Below are positions 12,145 to 22,496 of a DNA stretch of 64,000 nucleotides, in pieces. The notes beneath the pieces are model-generated. The model saw nothing but the letters and a program-made list of their open reading frames with translations, searched no databases and had not been told where the DNA came from. Positions within the stretch are counted from its first letter, which is position 1. Each line of letters starts with the position of its first letter. The position numbers were made by a program, and so were the translations under genes. This DNA is from Spirochaetia bacterium (GTDB lineage Bacteria; Spirochaetota; Spirochaetia; SZUA-6; Bin103): assembly GCA_965203515.1 (NCBI GenBank), contig OZ241907.1, positions 1,600,001 to 1,664,000 of the forward strand, written 5' to 3'.

Positions 12145-12345
12145 GCGCCGCGCGCTACACCGAGGAGACGCTCGTCCAGCAGACCGCCGCCGACTACCTG
12201 GAGCGCCGGCTCGGGTGGGAGTCGGTCTACGCGCACCACGCCGAGGACTTCGGTCCCGGCAGCCTGCTCGGTCGGGCGTCGGACCGGGAAGTAGTGTTGG
12301 AACGGCCATTGCGCGAAGCGCTGGCGGCGCTGAATCCCGGTCTGC
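12141..12345 (+). pseudogene. hsdR: Type I R-M restriction subunit N-terminal fragment
   Basis: YTEETLVQQ..LGW..LLGRASDREVVL..ALAALNP; truncated at the convergent trmH-like gene. Confidence 0.75.
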
Positions 12346-13167
12346 TCAACGGTTCGCCGCCTGACGCCGCTGGCGCAGCGCCTCGAACAACAGCGCCGCT
12401 CCGGCCATGGCCACGTTGATCGAGTCGGCGCGGCCCAGCATCGGGATCGACACGGCGGCGTGATCGCCGCTCAGCCACGCGCCGTCCAACCCGAACTGCT
12501 CGTTGCCCAGCACCACGGCCGCGGCGCCGGTGAGGTCGTGGTCGGTGTAGCAGCGGCCGGAGGCCGGGGTCGTGACCACGGTGCGCACGCCGCGCTCGGC
12601 CAGCCAGCGGCGCGTGGCCGCGGCCCCGGCCTGCGCCGCCGGCACCGTGAACAGCGTGCCGACGCTGGCGCGCACGACGTTGGGATTGAACAGGTCGGTC
12701 ACCGGATCGCAGACGATCACGGCGGCGGCGCCCACCGCGTCGGCGGTGCGCAGCAGCGTGCCCAGGTTGCCCGGCTTCTCGATCGCGGCGGCGATCACGT
12801 ACAGCGGATCGTCCGGCGGCGCCGGCAGGCGGTCGATCGTCCAGTCCGGCTGCGGCGCCACCGCCAGCAGGCCGTCCGGCCGGTCGCGGTAGGAGAGCTT
12901 GGCGAACACGGCGCGGTCGGCCGGGATCAGCTCGGCGCCGCACGCCTGCCGCGCCCGGTCGAGCAGCGCCGGCTCATTGCTGCCCAGATAGAACGCCGGG
13001 CAGTGGTAGACCGCCTCCAGCGGCAGCCCGGCCTCCACCGCGCGCAGCAGCTCCCGGTAGCCCTCGATCAGGAAGGCCCGCTCGCGGTCGCGCGCCCGCC
13101 TGCGCCGCAACCGCACCACGCGCTTCACCCCGGCGTTCCGCAGGCTGGCCACCGCCGGTCGCTCCAT
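12346..13167 (-). CDS. TrmH/SpoU-family RNA methyltransferase
   Basis: FLIEG, PGNLGTLLRTA, GNEQFG, IPMLGRADSINVA. Confidence 0.92.
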   Translation of the reverse strand: MERPAVASLRNAGVKRVVRLRRRRARDRERAFLIEGYRELLRAVEAGLPLEAVYHCPAFYLGSNEPALLDRARQACGAELIPADRAVFAKLSYRDRPDGLLAVAPQPDWTIDRLPAPPDDPLYVIAAAIEKPGNLGTLLRTADAVGAAAVIVCDPVTDLFNPNVVRASVGTLFTVPAAQAGAAATRRWLAERGVRTVVTTPASGRCYTDHDLTGAAAVVLGNEQFGLDGAWLSGDHAAVSIPMLGRADSINVAMAGAALLFEALRQRRQAANR

Positions 13168-13255
13168 CGCCGTCGAGTATGGACCCCGAGGCCCACCGCG
13201 TTCACCGTCCGCGCCGTCACCGTCCGCGTTGCCGGCGCGCTATGCTGCGCCGGCC

Positions 13256-14893
13256 ATGGCACCGATACGCATCCATCCCGACAACCCCAAGCTGTTCGAA
13301 TACCGCGGCCGCCCGCTCGTGCTGCTGACCGCCACCGAGCACTACGGCGCCGTGCTCAACCGACCGTTCCGGTTCGAGCGCTATCTGCGCGGCGCCGCGG
13401 CCAACGGCATGACGCTGACCCGGCTCTTCACGCTGTTCCGCGAGCTGCAGACCCCGATCAACCCGGCCTCCACCTGCAAGCCGGCCAGCCCCGATTACGT
13501 GGCCCCGTACGCGCGCACCGGTCCCGGCTTCGCGCTCGACGGCGAACCGCGCTTCGACCTGGACCGCGACGACCCGGATTTCTACGAGCGCCTGCACCGC
13601 TTCATCGGCACGGCGGACGACCTGGGCGTGGTGGTCGAGGTGGTGCTGCTCAGCAACACCTACCGCGATTCGGTATGGCGGCTGAACCCCCTGCACGCCG
13701 ACAACAACGTCAACGGGCTGCCATCGTGCCCGGCCCCCGACTACCTGAGCATGCGCCGCCCGGCGCTGTTCGAGCGCCAGCGCGCGTACGTGCGCCGCAT
13801 CGTCGCGGAGACCCGCCGGTACGACAACGTGATCTACGAGATCTGCAACGAACCGGGCGGTCGAGCGCCGGCCGCCGATCGAGCGCCGGCTGCCGATCGA
13901 GCGCCGGCTGCCGGCAGCCCGGCCGCCGACGGCCCGGCGGCGAGCGGCCCGACGGTGAGCGAGGTGAACGACTGGCTGGACGCGCTGCTTCGGGAGGTGC
14001 GCGACGCCGACCACCCAGGCGCCCGGCGCCACCTGATCGCCGGCCAGGAGGCGTTCGCGGACGAGCCGTTCCGGCAGACGCTCGACCGCAGCTACGACGC
14101 GATCGACTACGACGTGGTCAACCTCCATCCGCTGCCGGCCACGCGGCTGCGCGGCGCCGAGTACGACCTGGGCGACTTCATGAGCAAGCAGCTCCGCCTG
14201 CCGGCGTTCCGGGACCTGACCCTGGCCGCCGGCCGCGAGTCCAAGCCGCTCAATCACGACGAGGACAACGTCGCCAGCCAGTACCGCGACCCGGACGGCT
14301 GGACCGTCCATCGCAAGCGCGCCTGGGTCGCCCTGCTGTGCGGCGCCCACTACGACGTGATCGACTTCTCGATCCAGCCGTTCCTGGAGGAAGGCACGCC
14401 CGACGCTCAGGCGCACCTGCGATCCTGGTTCCGGCATCTCTCCACCTACGTGCACGGCCTCGACCTGGTCCGCAGCCGCCCCCTGCCGGAGGCGCTGCGC
14501 TCCTGGCCGCCGGGCACGGTCGCCGCGGCGTTCGGGGCGCCGGGCGCGGACTACTCGGTCTACGTGGCCGACGCGCGCGAGTACCGCGGCGTGCGCGGCG
14601 TCCCCGATCCGGGCGAGGGCACGCCTCCCGGCGAAGCAGGGACGCCCGGCGAGACGGGGACGCCCGGCGAAGCGGGGGCGCCGATCGGCGGCGCGCTGGT
14701 GCTGGACCTGCCCGAGGCTCCGCTTGCCGCCAGCGCGTTCGATCCGACCAGCGGCGCCACCGTCGCGCTCGACCGCCTCCGGGGCGGCCCGGCCACGCGT
14801 ATCGAACTGGCCCCCTTCCGGCACGACGTCGTCATCCGCCTGAAGGTCATCGGCGTCACGGCGGCGGACGCCGGCAACCGGTCCGGTTCGTAA
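13256..14893 (+). CDS. Putative glycoside hydrolase (clan GH-A-like TIM barrel)
   Basis: IYEICNEP catalytic-type motif; IRIHPDNPKLFEYRG start; low-complexity 18-bp repeat inserts. Confidence 0.6.
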   Translation: MAPIRIHPDNPKLFEYRGRPLVLLTATEHYGAVLNRPFRFERYLRGAAANGMTLTRLFTLFRELQTPINPASTCKPASPDYVAPYARTGPGFALDGEPRFDLDRDDPDFYERLHRFIGTADDLGVVVEVVLLSNTYRDSVWRLNPLHADNNVNGLPSCPAPDYLSMRRPALFERQRAYVRRIVAETRRYDNVIYEICNEPGGRAPAADRAPAADRAPAAGSPAADGPAASGPTVSEVNDWLDALLREVRDADHPGARRHLIAGQEAFADEPFRQTLDRSYDAIDYDVVNLHPLPATRLRGAEYDLGDFMSKQLRLPAFRDLTLAAGRESKPLNHDEDNVASQYRDPDGWTVHRKRAWVALLCGAHYDVIDFSIQPFLEEGTPDAQAHLRSWFRHLSTYVHGLDLVRSRPLPEALRSWPPGTVAAAFGAPGADYSVYVADAREYRGVRGVPDPGEGTPPGEAGTPGETGTPGEAGAPIGGALVLDLPEAPLAASAFDPTSGATVALDRLRGGPATRIELAPFRHDVVIRLKVIGVTAADAGNRSGS

Positions 14894-14948
14894 CGCCCTC
14901 CAAGACGATGCGCGTGCGGCGACAAGCGGCTATGCTGCTGCGCCAATC

Positions 14949-16871
14949 ATGCATGACGAACCACGGCCGGGCGCAATGAACAGCGCTCCGCTCGCTCCGA
15001 TGATCGCCGGCGCCGCCGCGCCCGAGCTGGGCAACCGCCTCACGTACGGGTACGTGGCCCGCCACGCCCCGCGCCTGGAGCTGCCGGCCGCGGCGGCCGA
15101 GTGGGAGTCCCGCGCCGCCGGGCTGCGCGCCCGCTACCTCGACCTCTATCTGCGCGGCCATCCCGCCGATCTGCTGCAGGAGCCGCCGCGCGTGGTGTGG
15201 GGCGATACGCTCGATCCCGCGCCGGAGTACCGCATCCGCAAGCTCCGCTTCGAAGGGTATCCCGGCGTCTGGGTGCCGGCGCTGCTCTATGAGCCGACCT
15301 CGCCGTTGGGCGGCGACCGCTCGACCCCGGCCGTACTCGACGTCAACGGCCACGAGCCGCGCGGCATCGCCGTCGAGCACAAGCAGGCGCGGTGCAGCAA
15401 CCTGGCCAAGCGCGGCCTGCCGGCGCTGAGTCTGGAGCTGCTCGGCCGCGGCGAGATGACCAACCTGGCCCCGCACAACCACCAGCAGCTACTCGACCTG
15501 CTCGGCCGCGCCGGCGCCGGGGTCTTCTACCTCACCATGAAGCGCGCGCTCGACATCGTGCTCGATCACGAGCTGACCGACCCCGCGCGCGTGGCGATGA
15601 CCGGGCTGTCCGGCGGCGGCTGGCAGACGATCGTGCTGTCCGCGCTCGACGAGCGGGTCGCCCTGAGCGTGCCGGTCGCCGGGCACATGCCGGCGGCCGA
15701 CCGGCGCGATCCGGCCGACGTGGGCGATGCCGAGCAGTTGCCGGCCGACCTGTGCGCGATCGGCGACTACGACGTGCTGTCCGCGCTGGTGGCGCCGCGC
15801 CCGGTGCTGTTCATCTTCAACCGGTACGACGACTGCTGCTTCCAGCCGCACAAGGCGGCGGCCGGCACCTACGGAGCGGCGCGCGGCGTCTACGAGCTGC
15901 TGGGCGCGGCCGACCGCTGCGGACTGCACGTCGGCACCGAACCCGGCCACAACTACGGCCAGGGCAATCGCTGCCGGTTCTACGCCTGGCTCAACCGCCA
16001 CTTCGGCCTGGACACGCCGGACCGTGAGCTGCCGTGGCGGGACGAGGTGTACCGCGAGCGCGACCTGTGGGTCGGTCTGCCCGCGCACCGGACGACGTTC
16101 GGCGCCCTGGCCGCCGACCGCCTGCAGGAGCTCCGCCAGCGGGAGGCGGACCGCCCGCGCCGGCCCACCCGCGCCGACGTCGACACGCTGCTGCGGTACC
16201 GCCGCAGCTCCGTGACCGCCGTCACCACGCAGGCGAGCTGGATTTGGGTCCGGGACGATCGGGGCGTGCGGGTCGAAGAGATCACCCTGCAGGTCGACGG
16301 CTACTGGCCGCTGCCCGGCCGCTTGGCCGTACCCGACGACGCCGCCGGCGCGACCGTGGTCATCGGCGACGCCGGCGGAGCGACCGCCTCCTGCGCGACC
16401 GCCGCCGCCGAGGCCGAGGCTCGCGCCCGCGACACCGGGCAGGCGTTCCTGCACGTCGACCTGATCGGCGTCGGCGCGCTGGCCGCTTCGCACGGGTACG
16501 GGCTGCTGCTGCGGACGATCGGCCGGCCGATCCTGGGGCTGCAGACCGCCCAGCTCGCCGCCGCGGCGGCCTGGGCCGGCGAGCGCTTCGCCGGAACGGT
16601 CTCCGTGGAGGCCGGCGGCCGGGTCGCCTCCCTGGCGGCGCTGCTCGCCGCCGCGCGCGATCCGGCCGCGTTCGCCCGCGTCGCCACCGACGGGCTGCCC
16701 TACTCGCTGGACGACCTGATCGAGTCGCACGTGCCCCCGGACGGCCCGGAATACCCGCTGTTCTGCTTCGGGATGCGCGAGCTGCTCGACGTGCCGGACC
16801 TGCTCGAGCTGGCCGGATCGCTGCCGATCGTCGATCGCAGCCGCGGCCCCCTCACGTCGAGCGCCGCGTGA
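14949..16871 (+). CDS. Alpha/beta-hydrolase (acetylxylan-esterase-like, two-domain)
   Basis: GLSGGG nucleophile elbow, APRP, DDCCF, GHNY. Confidence 0.75.
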   Translation: MHDEPRPGAMNSAPLAPMIAGAAAPELGNRLTYGYVARHAPRLELPAAAAEWESRAAGLRARYLDLYLRGHPADLLQEPPRVVWGDTLDPAPEYRIRKLRFEGYPGVWVPALLYEPTSPLGGDRSTPAVLDVNGHEPRGIAVEHKQARCSNLAKRGLPALSLELLGRGEMTNLAPHNHQQLLDLLGRAGAGVFYLTMKRALDIVLDHELTDPARVAMTGLSGGGWQTIVLSALDERVALSVPVAGHMPAADRRDPADVGDAEQLPADLCAIGDYDVLSALVAPRPVLFIFNRYDDCCFQPHKAAAGTYGAARGVYELLGAADRCGLHVGTEPGHNYGQGNRCRFYAWLNRHFGLDTPDRELPWRDEVYRERDLWVGLPAHRTTFGALAADRLQELRQREADRPRRPTRADVDTLLRYRRSSVTAVTTQASWIWVRDDRGVRVEEITLQVDGYWPLPGRLAVPDDAAGATVVIGDAGGATASCATAAAEAEARARDTGQAFLHVDLIGVGALAASHGYGLLLRTIGRPILGLQTAQLAAAAAWAGERFAGTVSVEAGGRVASLAALLAAARDPAAFARVATDGLPYSLDDLIESHVPPDGPEYPLFCFGMRELLDVPDLLELAGSLPIVDRSRGPLTSSAA

Positions 16872-17785
16872 CCCGCTACCTGATCACCGGCGCCGCCGGC
16901 AACCTGGCGCGCCTGCTGGTGGAGCGCCTGCAGGCCGCCGGCAAGCAGGTCACCGGGCTCGACCGGGAACCGGCGGCGGTCCCCGGCGTCCGCTTCGAGC
17001 GGGCCGACGTCACCGATGCGGCGCGCCTGGCGGCGATCGTCGACGAGGTGCGGCCCGAGTGCATCCTGCACATGGCGTCGCTGCTGACCCTCTCGTCGGA
17101 GGCCGACCCCGCCGCCGCCTGGCGGGTGAACGCCACCGCCTCGATCGACCTGCTGCGCGCCGCCGCCGAGCGCGGCGTGCGCCGGTTCTTCTTTCCCAGC
17201 ACCATCGCCACCTACGCGGGAGCGCTTCCCGACCCGCTGCCGGAGGACTACCCGCAGTGGCCGGCTACCGTCTACGGGGTGACCAAGGTCGCGGTCGAGC
17301 GGATGGGCGCCTACCTGTGGCGGACCGCCGGACTCGACTTCCGCGCGGTGCGGCTGCCGGTGGTCGTGTCGCCGTACGCGCCGCCGGGGGCGGTGAGCGC
17401 CTACCCCTCGCACGGCTTCGCCGCCGCCCGCCGCGGCGCGCCGTTCGCCTACCCCGCCCCCCCGGACCTGCGCGTGTCGTCGATCTACGTGATGGACGTG
17501 ATCGAAGGCATCCTGCGGCTGGTCGACGCCGACCCGGCGCGCCTGTCCCGGCGGGTATACAACCTGCACGCCTTCGCGCCTTCCACGCAAGACATCGCCG
17601 GCGCCGTCTGCCGGCTCGCGCCCGGCTTCCGCTACCGGTTCGAGCCGCGCGCGGACGTCATCGCCATGCTCGGCTCCCTGCCGTCGGTGCTGGTCGACGC
17701 CAGCGCGCGACGCGACTGGGGCTGGAACCCGCGGTTCGACCTGGCCGCCGCCGCCGCCGACATGGCGCGTCTCCCGGAGCGCTGA
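16868..17785 (+). CDS. NAD-dependent epimerase/dehydratase (SDR; threonine-dehydrogenase-like)
   Basis: ITGAAGNLA and YGVTK; GTGA overlap with the upstream gene. Confidence 0.85.
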   Translation: MTRYLITGAAGNLARLLVERLQAAGKQVTGLDREPAAVPGVRFERADVTDAARLAAIVDEVRPECILHMASLLTLSSEADPAAAWRVNATASIDLLRAAAERGVRRFFFPSTIATYAGALPDPLPEDYPQWPATVYGVTKVAVERMGAYLWRTAGLDFRAVRLPVVVSPYAPPGAVSAYPSHGFAAARRGAPFAYPAPPDLRVSSIYVMDVIEGILRLVDADPARLSRRVYNLHAFAPSTQDIAGAVCRLAPGFRYRFEPRADVIAMLGSLPSVLVDASARRDWGWNPRFDLAAAAADMARLPER

Positions 17786-17879
17786 CCGCGACGTCTGCGA
17801 GCCACCTGCGGTATCCTGACCCCATGAGCAGCGTTGCGACGATGGAGGCCCAGCCGACGGAGGCCCGGCCGTTCGACCG

Positions 17880-18683
17880 ATGGTGCGCGTCGAAGGACTG
17901 ACCAAGCGGTACGGGGCGGTCCGGGCGCTGCGCGGCGTCTCCTTTACGGTCGACCGCGGTGAGGTGGTCGGGCTGCTCGGCCCGAACGGCGCCGGCAAGA
18001 CCACCACGATGCGCATCCTCACCGGGTACGTGGCGGCCACCTCCGGCCGCGCCCTGGTCGGCGGCGTGGACGTCGCCGTCGATCCGTTGGCCGTCAAGCG
18101 CATGGTCGGGTACCTGCCGGAGTTCGCGCCGCTCTACGCGGAGATGCTGGTGCACGACTACCTGCAGTACGCCGGCGCCGTGCACGGCATGCGCAAGCGG
18201 GAACGGCAGCGCAGAATCGGCGACCTGGTGCCGCTCTGCGGCCTCGCCGACGTGATCCACCGGCCGTTCCGGGAGCTGTCGCGCGGCTACAAGCAGCGGG
18301 TGGGCCTGGCGCACGCGCTGATCGCGGACCCCGACCTGCTCGTGCTCGACGAGCCGACCGCCGGCCTCGATCCCAATCAGATCGTCGAGATTCGGTCGAT
18401 CATCCGCGCCGCCGGCGAGCGCAAGGCGATCGTCTTCTCCACCCACATCCTGAGCGAGGCGGAGAGCACCTGCCAGCGCATCGTGATCATCGACCGCGGC
18501 GCCGTGGTCGCCGACGGCACCGCCGCCGAGCTGACCCGCGGCCGGTCGCTGGAAGAGCGCTTTCGCGAGCTGACCGCGGCCGGCGGCGCGGCCACGGACG
18601 ACGGCGCGGCCGGGGACGGCGCCGGGCCGCCCTCCGGCTCGGCCGGCGCCCGGCGGCGGGCCCGCCGCAAGCTGCGCCCGTGA
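17880..18683 (+). CDS. ABC transporter ATP-binding protein (GldA-like)
   Basis: GPNGAGKTT, LSRGYKQR, LDEPT; true start may be 17824 with a 1-nt indel. Confidence 0.9.
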   Translation: MVRVEGLTKRYGAVRALRGVSFTVDRGEVVGLLGPNGAGKTTTMRILTGYVAATSGRALVGGVDVAVDPLAVKRMVGYLPEFAPLYAEMLVHDYLQYAGAVHGMRKRERQRRIGDLVPLCGLADVIHRPFRELSRGYKQRVGLAHALIADPDLLVLDEPTAGLDPNQIVEIRSIIRAAGERKAIVFSTHILSEAESTCQRIVIIDRGAVVADGTAAELTRGRSLEERFRELTAAGGAATDDGAAGDGAGPPSGSAGARRRARRKLRP

Positions 18684-19387
18684 GCCGCGCCGTTCTGCCG
18701 ATCATCGCCCGCGAGCTGCGCGCCGTGTTCCTGGCGCCGGTCGGCTACCTCGTGGCGATCGTCTTCCTGGTGATGACCGGCTGGCTCTTCATGCAGCCGT
18801 TCTTCCTCAACGGCCGCGCCGACCTGCGCCAGTTCTTCGAGCTGCTGCCGCTCACCCTGGCGCTGCTCGTGCCGGCGGTCACCATGCGGGCGTTCGCCGA
18901 GGAGTTCTCGACCGGCTCCTTCGAGGCGCTGGTCACCCTGCCGGTGACCCGCCTCGACGTGCTGATCGGCAAGTTCACGGGGGCGGTCGGCTTCGCGGCG
19001 CTGGCGCTGGCGCCGACCGTCCTGTACCCGATCGTGATCGCGCGCCTGGGCGATCTCGACTGGGGGCCGGTGGTCGCCGGGTACGCGGGAGCCGTGCTGC
19101 TCATCGGCCTGTACTGCGCGGTCGGCCTGCTCGCCTCCGCCCTGACCCGCAACCAGATCGTGGCGTTCGTGATCGGCCTGGCGATCGCGCTGAGCCTGGC
19201 CCTGATCGACGACCTGCTGATCTACGTGCCGGGCCGGATCACGGCCGCGGTGCAGTACCTGGGCGCCGACTACCACTTCCGCAGCATCGCGCGCGGCGTG
19301 CTCGACTCGCGCGACCTGATCTACTTCCTGTCCGGCATCGCCGTCTTCCTGACCGGCACCGGCCTCGCGCTCCGGCGGCGCTCATGA
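18680..19387 (+). CDS. ABC-2 permease (GldF-like)
   Basis: Multiple TM segments, TMRAFAEE, TRNQIVA. Confidence 0.85.
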   Translation: MSRAVLPIIARELRAVFLAPVGYLVAIVFLVMTGWLFMQPFFLNGRADLRQFFELLPLTLALLVPAVTMRAFAEEFSTGSFEALVTLPVTRLDVLIGKFTGAVGFAALALAPTVLYPIVIARLGDLDWGPVVAGYAGAVLLIGLYCAVGLLASALTRNQIVAFVIGLAIALSLALIDDLLIYVPGRITAAVQYLGADYHFRSIARGVLDSRDLIYFLSGIAVFLTGTGLALRRRS

Positions 19388-21561
19388 CGGCCGGCTCCGG
19401 CGCCCGCGACGGCGCCGGCTCGACGCGGCGGATCGCCCGGCTCGCCGACCGGCTGATCCCGCCGCTGCTCTACCTGGGCGCGGTGGTGATGGTCAACGTC
19501 GCCTCCTCCTCCCTCTTCGTGCAGGTCGATCTCACAGAGGGCAGGGTCCACTCCCTGGCGCCGGAGAGCGTGGCGGCGGTGAGCCGTCTGCGCGAACCGC
19601 TGACGATCCGCGCCTTCTTCTCCGCCGACCTGCAGGCGCCGTTCAACAACATCGAGCGCGCGGTGCGCGATCTGTTCGATTTCTACGCCATGCACGGCGG
19701 CGAGTTCTTCAACACCACCTTCCATTCGATCGGCGACGGCGCCGAAGGGCAGGAGACCGAACGGCTGGCGCGCGACTATCTGATCTACCCGATACAGGTC
19801 GAGCAGGTCGACCGCACGGAGGTGGTGGTGCGGTCGGTCTACGCCGGCCTCGCCCTGGTGCACGGCGACCTGGTGGAGACGATCGGCGCGCTGACCACCA
19901 CCGACGGCCTGGAGCTGCGGATCACGGAGGCGATCGGCCGCCTCACCGGGCGCGTCAGCGCGCTGCTGGCGCTCGAGGAGGACATCGCGGTGCGGCTCTA
20001 CTTCTCGGGCGAGATCGCCTCGCTGAGTCCCGGCCTGGAGACCCTGCCGGCCGCGGTGGCCGGGATCGTGGAGGAGTTGAACGGCGCCTGGTTCGACCGG
20101 CTCGACTTCAGCGCCGTCGACCCGTCTGCGACCCCGCTCGATCCGATCGACGCGCTGCGGCTGCAGCTCACGCCGCTGGCGTTGCGCGCCGCCGACGGCG
20201 CGGAACGCTTCGCCTACGCCGGCATCGTCCTGGCTTCCGGCGGCAAGACGCTGACGCTCAACCTGATCGAAACGACGCCGCAGGGCGCGCGCGTCGCCGA
20301 TCCGGAGACGATCCGACGATCGGTCGACGGCACGCTCAAGGGGCTGCTCGGCAGCCAGCCGGAGATCGGCTACCTGGCGGACTTCGGCACGCCGCCCTAT
20401 CGGGGCAACCTCACCGAGGGCCGTCAGCCGGTGATGGTCGATCTGGCGGACCTGTACGAGCTGCTGTCGGGCGACTACCGCTACCGCGGCCTGTTGCTCG
20501 AAGACCGGGAGATACCGCCGGATCTGCGCGCGCTGCTGATCGTATCGCCCCAGGAGCCGCTCACGGAGTGGGCGCTCTTTCAGATCGATCAGCACCTGAT
20601 GCGCGGCGGCGCGGTGCTGGCCTTTCTCGACACGCACTCGATCTTCACCACCGCCTCCTTCGGCGGCGGCAGCTCGCTGCCGGTACCGCGGCAGACCGGG
20701 CTGGAGGAGCTCTTCTCCCACTACGGCGTGCGCGTACTGCCCCGCTACGTACTCGACGACGAGCAAGCGTTCGTGCAGCGGCAGCCCGACGAGCGCGGCG
20801 GCGTCTTCGAGACCCGCATCTCCTTCGTGCCGGTGCTGCGCCGGCCGGACATCGACACCTCGTGGCTGCCGCTGCGGAGACTCGACGACCTCCTGGTGAT
20901 GAACGCGTCGCCGCTGGAGCTGACCGGCGCGCAGCCCGACGCGCGGTTCGTCGAAGCGCTGCGCAGCTCGGCCACCGCCTGGGAGGTGCCCGGCGGCACC
21001 GACCTGATCGACGCCCGCGCCACCGCGCCGCCGCCGGACGACCGCCGCGGCTCCAGTCTGCTCGCCGCCTATGCCGAAGGGCGGTTCACCAGCTACTTCG
21101 CCGATCGCACCCCGCCGGCGCGGCCCGCCGGTGACGGCGGCGAGGAGGGAGGGACGCTGATCGGCGACGCGGTGCAGGCCGCGCTCCCGGTGGTGCCGGA
21201 GAGTGCGCCGGGCGCCCGATTGTTCGTGATCGGCACCTCCACGATCCTTGGCAACAGCTTCATCGACGCCCGCCGGCCGGGGCCCAACACCATCCTGATC
21301 CACAACCTGATCGACTACCTGACCGGGCAGGAGCAGCGGGCGGCGCTGCGCGGCCGAGGCGCTCCGGTGCGCCGGCTCGGCGCCTTCTCCTCGGCGACCG
21401 AGAGCGCGGTCAAGACCTTCCTGATCGCGGGACCGCCCGCCCTGGCGGCGCTGGCCGGCGCCGCGCTCTGGCTGTGGTGGCGGCTGCGCCAGCGCGGCAT
21501 CCAGGCGCGCTTCGGCCCGGGCGCAGCGGACACCGGCGCGGCGCGGGCCGCCGTCCCGTGA
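19384..21561 (+). CDS. GldG-like ABC auxiliary protein
   Basis: DLTEGRVHSL motif after an N-terminal TM; C-terminal TM; operon position. Confidence 0.8.
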   Translation: MTAGSGARDGAGSTRRIARLADRLIPPLLYLGAVVMVNVASSSLFVQVDLTEGRVHSLAPESVAAVSRLREPLTIRAFFSADLQAPFNNIERAVRDLFDFYAMHGGEFFNTTFHSIGDGAEGQETERLARDYLIYPIQVEQVDRTEVVVRSVYAGLALVHGDLVETIGALTTTDGLELRITEAIGRLTGRVSALLALEEDIAVRLYFSGEIASLSPGLETLPAAVAGIVEELNGAWFDRLDFSAVDPSATPLDPIDALRLQLTPLALRAADGAERFAYAGIVLASGGKTLTLNLIETTPQGARVADPETIRRSVDGTLKGLLGSQPEIGYLADFGTPPYRGNLTEGRQPVMVDLADLYELLSGDYRYRGLLLEDREIPPDLRALLIVSPQEPLTEWALFQIDQHLMRGGAVLAFLDTHSIFTTASFGGGSSLPVPRQTGLEELFSHYGVRVLPRYVLDDEQAFVQRQPDERGGVFETRISFVPVLRRPDIDTSWLPLRRLDDLLVMNASPLELTGAQPDARFVEALRSSATAWEVPGGTDLIDARATAPPPDDRRGSSLLAAYAEGRFTSYFADRTPPARPAGDGGEEGGTLIGDAVQAALPVVPESAPGARLFVIGTSTILGNSFIDARRPGPNTILIHNLIDYLTGQEQRAALRGRGAPVRRLGAFSSATESAVKTFLIAGPPALAALAGAALWLWWRLRQRGIQARFGPGAADTGAARAAVP

Positions 21562-22475
21562 GGCCGGTCGTGCGGGCGCTGCTGCGCTACGCGCTGCCGC
21601 TGGCGGTGATCGCCGCCCTGTCGGTCTATCTGGCCGCGCGGCGCGACGACCGGCTGCACTACGAGCTGCCGGTCCTGCCGCCGCTGGCGGCGGCCGCCGT
21701 CGACCGGGTCGAGGTCGAGCGCGGCGATGCGCGGGTGGCGCTCGAGCGCACCGACGGGGGCTGGCTGATCGACGGTCCCGGCTTCGCCGCCGAGCCGTCG
21801 ATCGTCGCCGGCATGGTGAGCGCCGCGGCCACCCTCAGGCTGACCGACCTGATCGCCGGCGAGCCGACCTACGGGCGCTATGGACTGGGCGAGGCGGAGG
21901 CGATCACCGCCGCCTTCCTGGAAGGCGCGAGCCGCCTGCGGGTGCTCCGGATCGGCAAGCGGGCGCCGACCTACAGCCACACCTACGTGCTGATCGACGA
22001 CGACCCGCGCGTATACCAGGCGGCCGGCGACCTGACCCGCGCCTTCTCCGCGCAGGTCTCGGTGCTCCGCGACCGGACGATCCTGCGCTTCGAGCCGAGC
22101 GAGGTCACGACGATCGCGGTGCAGGGTGCCGGCGCTGGCGCCGCCGTCGAGTTGCTGCGCGGCGTGCCGCCCACGCCGGAGGCGTCGCCCACCTGGAACG
22201 CGGCCGGCGGCGGCGAGCGCGACGCGGCAGCGATCGGCCGGGCGATGGAGCTGCTCGCCAGGATGCGGGCCAGCCGCTTCGTCGACGCCCTTCCCGACGC
22301 GCCGCCGCTGCTGGAGCTGGAGTTGCGCGGCGCGGATGCCACGCATCGGCTGACGATCTACCCGGAGTCGGAGAACGCCCATACGGCGACCTCCTCCGAC
22401 GTCGACGGACCGTTCGTGCTGCTGCCGGCGCTGCTGACCGAGGTGTTCGCGGCGTTTCAGGTCGACCCGGCCTGA
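21558..22475 (+). CDS. DUF4340-like protein
   Basis: N-terminal TM, YGL and LRDRT motifs; usual fourth gene of Gld-like operons. Confidence 0.7.
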   Translation: MRPVVRALLRYALPLAVIAALSVYLAARRDDRLHYELPVLPPLAAAAVDRVEVERGDARVALERTDGGWLIDGPGFAAEPSIVAGMVSAAATLRLTDLIAGEPTYGRYGLGEAEAITAAFLEGASRLRVLRIGKRAPTYSHTYVLIDDDPRVYQAAGDLTRAFSAQVSVLRDRTILRFEPSEVTTIAVQGAGAGAAVELLRGVPPTPEASPTWNAAGGGERDAAAIGRAMELLARMRASRFVDALPDAPPLLELELRGADATHRLTIYPESENAHTATSSDVDGPFVLLPALLTEVFAAFQVDPA

Positions 22476-22496
22476 CCGACGCGCACGGTCGAAGCC

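Noticed and set aside
17880..22475. Gliding-motility machinery
   Set aside because: GldA/F/G-like ABC operons with DUF4340 are widespread outside gliding bacteria; no other gld/spr genes here
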